Below are positions 63,601 through 64,000 of a stretch of DNA of 64,000 bases, piece by piece; the stretch's first letter is position 1; each line of letters starts with the position of its first letter. Source of the DNA: Carcharhinus longimanus (taxonomy: Eukaryota); contig JASCQW010000027.1 of NCBI GenBank assembly GCA_030264375.1, forward strand, positions 98,684,425-98,748,424. Direction: 5' to 3'. The notes below the pieces were generated by a model. It searched no databases. It saw only the letters and a list, made by a program, of their open reading frames with translations, and was not told the origin of the DNA. Position numbers and translations under genes: made by a program.

Positions 63601-63905
63601 TCTCTGAACTGCCACCAATATAAAACTGGCAGAAACAGCAAGTCAAAAACTCTTGTCAGTAATGTATTACTCTCAGTGATTAACCAGACTTTCTGCAATG
63701 AAGTTCTGCTTCCTCTTTCAGACCATGGCTGGCAGCGCTTCTTGGCAAAGGGTCAATCAAGAAATTGCAGCAAGATCCCCACGTTTTGCTATTTTTGACT
63801 TGGCGGAAGGAAAATCCTATGAATTCCGTGTTTATGCTGCTAACAAATTTGGCTTGAGTGAACCATCAGAGTCCACCGGCTCAGTTGTAGTCCAGGAACG
63901 CATCG
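15482..63905 (+). CDS. MYOM2: Myomesin-2 (M-protein), spliced CDS, 5' portion: 14 coding exons, about 605 aa, 3'-incomplete
   Basis: The exons join in frame at GT-AG sites. Peptides such as RAPEFLVRLRSHTVWE, HLNKDDEGLYTLR, GAPGAPMDV and WVQCNDAPVKICKYPVTGLFEGRSYIFRVRAVN match vertebrate MYOM2 as recalled, better than MYOM1 or MYOM3. Exon lengths are 122,129,139,158,93,89,51,165,162,142,200,54,128,184. Confidence 0.95.
16270..17420 (+). mobile_element. Old CR1 LINE, RT region to 3' end
   Basis: Degenerate DF.KAFDK region at about 16318, and LGLYSL..R.LRGNLIEVFKVMKG. Confidence 0.85.
20860..21927 (+). mobile_element. CR1 LINE 3' fragment, about 1.1 kb
   Basis: SGV.Q, KFTDDTK and SRTRGHNLKL..FFSQRIVNLWNS motifs, with a (TCTTATGG)n tail. 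Confidence 0.92.
22023..24300 (+). mobile_element. Internally deleted Ty3/Gypsy LTR retrotransposon
   Basis: 5' LTR 22023-22256 and 3' LTR 24001-24300 both start TGTAGTAT and end CA(G/A)CA. PBS TGGCGGCAGCAGTG at 22257, PPT at 23989-24000, Gag CCHC knuckle CFPCKMLGHFGNMC at 22616-22657, decayed protease WNVNICVNGNITNFISDTE at about 22794-22850. Confidence 0.85.
25940..26826 (+). mobile_element. CR1 LINE 3' fragment
   Basis: Clearly similar to 21140-21927, with the same tail type. Confidence 0.92.
27507..27635 (+). CDS. MYOM2: MYOM2 exon 3: (R)SSSSLEKSSSTLHAGKFSPCAKRVCHCFEEEVPEYTVPPFRS
   Basis: Pyrimidine tract plus cag|, donor AG|GTATGT, phase 2-2, CAKRV motif as in MYOM2. Confidence 0.88.
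28630..28768 (+). CDS. MYOM2: MYOM2 exon 4: (S)EGEEEQVKPKAREFLYGTKLREMENEIAKLRKSTHEQVDTMALRRM
   Basis: Acceptor aacag|, donor ATG|GTAAGT, phase 2-0. Confidence 0.88.
28869..29026 (+). CDS. MYOM2: MYOM2 exon 5, start of first Ig domain: EEERAAVQRHVREDTMCRAPEFLVRLRSHTVWENSFVKLFCTVQGYPTPLVRW
   Basis: Acceptor aacag|, donor TG|GTAAGT, strong MYOM2 motif. Confidence 0.95.
29565..29935 (+). mobile_element. L2 LINE 3' fragment
   Basis: ITHTH.L.WLP..KIL..LHGL..LYL-like degenerate L2 C-terminus, similar to 45110 and 62030. Confidence 0.7.
29943..30238 (+). mobile_element. tRNA-derived V-SINE, same subfamily as 2987
   Basis: A and B boxes, V core, CAGTAACTTCATTG tail. Confidence 0.87.
30241..30579 (-). 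mobile_element. HE1-type V-SINE, full length, with a short head duplication at about 30603-30626
   Basis: Reverse-complement similarity to 10644-10968. Confidence 0.88.
32056..32139. mobile_element. Penelope-like micro-insertion with 14-bp flanking direct repeat
   Basis: GTCTTTCTGAAGAG at 32042-32055 and 32140-32153, with an internal hairpin TAAAGTCCAAC-tg-GTTGGACTTTA. Confidence 0.8.
32697..33343. mobile_element. GC-rich non-autonomous DNA element(s), MITE-like
   Basis: Starts GGCCAAGATTCTC and ends GAAAATCCCGCCC, with internal CCCTGGCAC repeats. Confidence 0.5.
33863..34197 (-). mobile_element. HE1-type V-SINE nested in CR1
   Basis: Complete head, core and tail on the minus strand. Confidence 0.88.
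34265..34368. mobile_element. Short MITE nested in CR1
   Basis: Imperfect TIRs GGGGAATTTTCT and AGAAAATCCCAC. Confidence 0.6.
34931..35110 (-). mobile_element. HE1-type SINE fragment, followed by a MITE-like piece to about 35237
   Basis: Highly similar to 33929-34097. The downstream piece ends AAAATCCCACCC. Confidence 0.8.
35509..35601 (+). CDS. MYOM2: MYOM2 exon 6: YKDDVYIDQTSEPAKYRMDSYYGVHSLEINR
   Basis: Acceptor aag|, donor CG|GTGAGT, phase 2-2, Ig core. Confidence 0.94.
35685..36310 (-). mobile_element. Old CR1 LINE 3' fragment
   Basis: ATCATAGAA tail and reverse-complement ORF2 C-terminal similarity. Confidence 0.7.
37150..38020. mobile_element. GC-rich dispersed non-autonomous element
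   Basis: GGCACTGCC..GTGGGCAGTGCCAGGGTGTC and GGGGCCTCAATGGCCTC blocks are shared with 12335-12470. Confidence 0.55.
40091..40332. mobile_element. Young Penelope-like insertion spanning an assembly gap
   Basis: Perfect 39-bp inverted repeat (40122-40160 and 40294-40332). TCCCTGCAAAATG flanks it at 40078-40090 and 40332-40344. Confidence 0.85.
40161..40260. other. Assembly gap (100 N)
   Basis: Run of N. Confidence 1.
45110..45545 (+). mobile_element. L2 LINE 3' fragment
   Basis: CCCTGTGCTCACTGACCTACATT (PVLTDLH) and a GTGCTATACAAAT tail. Confidence 0.7.
45599..45687 (+). CDS. MYOM2: MYOM2 exon 7: CTTNDTAQYTALAFNIHGEAASNATVIVK
   Basis: Acceptor ttctcag|, donor C|GTGAGT, Ig D-x-A-x-Y motif. 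Confidence 0.94.
45801..45851 (+). CDS. MYOM2: MYOM2 exon 8, linker: RFRGDDEPYHSVLLPLN
   Basis: Acceptor tttcag|, donor T|GTAAGT, resembles the RFRGDEEP linker. Confidence 0.93.
45995..46485 (+). mobile_element. CR1 LINE 3' fragment
   Basis: SPYL.K..QQRFIRL..YEERL..LGL.SLEFRRM-like reading. Confidence 0.88.
48228..48392 (+). CDS. MYOM2: MYOM2 exon 9, second Ig: LPLLSPPIFTHIDIQYSEKFGVSFGTEGETLILTCRMILTPNLNRLQPEAVWYRD
   Basis: Acceptor cccacag|, donor G|GTCAGT. Confidence 0.95.
49578..50878 (+). mobile_element. Internally deleted CR1 LINE (endonuclease part joined to 3' end)
   Basis: APE motifs TII.NDFDLHIDW and VGSSDHN, then an ORF2 C-terminus and tail. Confidence 0.85.
50500..50775 (-). 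mobile_element. CR1 3' fragment nested antisense in the CR1 tail
   Basis: ACAAAGAA..GGAACAGGCCCTTTGGCCC is the reverse complement of the tail type seen at 1570-1613. Confidence 0.8.
52220..52534 (-). mobile_element. HE1-type V-SINE
   Basis: Head, core and CR1 tail on the minus strand. Confidence 0.87.
52772..52933 (+). CDS. MYOM2: MYOM2 exon 10: DVEIKKSKWAAMFYNDCTATLTLPHLNKDDEGLYTLRLITRGGISQHSAYIFVR
   Basis: Acceptor ctccag|, donor AG|GTACAG. Confidence 0.95.
54742..54883 (+). CDS. MYOM2: MYOM2 exon 11, first Fn3: DADAPVVGAPGAPMDVAFHDANKDYVILTWKPPNVTKESPVFGYFVDR
   Basis: Acceptor ttgtag|, donor CG|GTATGA. Confidence 0.95.
55445..56028. mobile_element. GC-rich MITE-like element
   Basis: Internal inverted symmetry around TTTAAATA/AAATTTGAATTTAAA motifs. 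It ends GGAGAATCACTCCC. Confidence 0.5.
56606..56805 (+). CDS. MYOM2: MYOM2 exon 12: CEAGTDNWVQCNDAPVKICKYPVTGLFEGRSYIFRVRAVNKSGISRPSRATDAVTALDPADLARLQ
   Basis: Acceptor gag|, donor A|GTGAGT, near-identical to the recalled MYOM2 Fn3 sequence. Confidence 0.96.
58107..58235. mobile_element. Short MITE
   Basis: TIRs GGGCAGGATTTTC and GAAAATCCTGGCCC. Confidence 0.7.
59156..59209 (+). CDS. MYOM2: MYOM2 exon 13, linker: TFYFDESRHIIVSQDDLE
   Basis: Acceptor ttcttcag|, donor AG|GTAGAT, QDDLEG motif, phase 1-1. Confidence 0.92.
60665..61055 (-). mobile_element. tRNA-derived SINE interrupted by a + strand CR1 tail (about 60780-60898)
   Basis: GGTGGGATT..GAACCC B-box complement near 60972. The inserted tail is GATGGACTGAAGGGCCT..CTCCATGACT. 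Confidence 0.55.
61385..61512 (+). CDS. MYOM2: MYOM2 exon 14, second Fn3: GDVKPPGKPTNVHVAETSKNYIVLSWDPPEPRGREPLKYYIEK
   Basis: Acceptor ccatag|, donor AAG|GTATAA. Confidence 0.95.
61770..62458 (+). mobile_element. L2 LINE 3' fragment
   Basis: NPGVKFDPKMGF..HIDIITKTA..SRLEDSNAL..LQWLPV motifs. Confidence 0.8.
63110..63620 (-). mobile_element. CR1 LINE 3' fragment; a matching tail piece lies at about 62645-62720
   Basis: Reverse complement of FKIRSPSFKKEMRGHFFSQRILNFWNSL, plus CR1 3' UTR. Confidence 0.82.
63722..63905 (+). CDS. MYOM2: MYOM2 exon 15: TMAGSASWQRVNQEIAARSPRFAIFDLAEGKSYEFRVYAANKFGLSEPSESTGSVVVQERI
   Basis: Acceptor tttcag|, donor G|GTAATA, Fn3 Y-x-FRV-x-A-x-N motif. Confidence 0.95.
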
Positions 63906-64000
63906 GTAATATTTTTGTTCAATGTCGTGAAAATTTTATTGTAGACTCACATTTCCGAGTCCTTCCTGCCAGTGGGATCTTCTGCTCTGCCCTGCGATGG

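Noticed and set aside
15482-63905. Assignment as MYOM1, MYOM3, titin or MyBP-C
   Set aside because: The N-terminus, the RFRGD.EP and QDDLEG linkers and the Fn3 sequence fit MYOM2. No MYOM1-type KQSTAS repeats are seen.

Overview
This is eukaryotic, repeat-rich, AT-rich vertebrate genomic DNA. The repeat content (HE1-type V-SINEs, abundant CR1 LINEs, Penelope fragments) points to a shark or other elasmobranch, which is an inference. One protein-coding gene is present: the 5' part of myomesin-2 / M-protein (MYOM2) on the + strand. I reconstructed 14 coding exons by hand from 15482 to 63905. All have GT-AG boundaries and consistent phases, giving 1816 nt (about 605 aa): N-terminal head, two Ig domains and two Fn3 domains. 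The gene continues beyond the window. A probable promoter (MEF2 site plus CArG/TATA-like box) and a non-coding first exon lie at about 8320-8484. The rest is intron and upstream DNA filled with CR1, L2 and Rex1 LINE remnants, SINEs, MITEs, an internally deleted Gypsy LTR element and short Penelope-like insertions with hammerhead-ribozyme remnants. There are two 100-N gaps. I see no convincing new multi-gene system. The best leads are the hammerhead-bearing Penelope mini-insertions, a 116-bp promoter-proximal duplication and a Cys at the position of the mammalian M-protein PKA site. Homology statements come from remembered sequences, not searches, and repeat boundaries are approximate.
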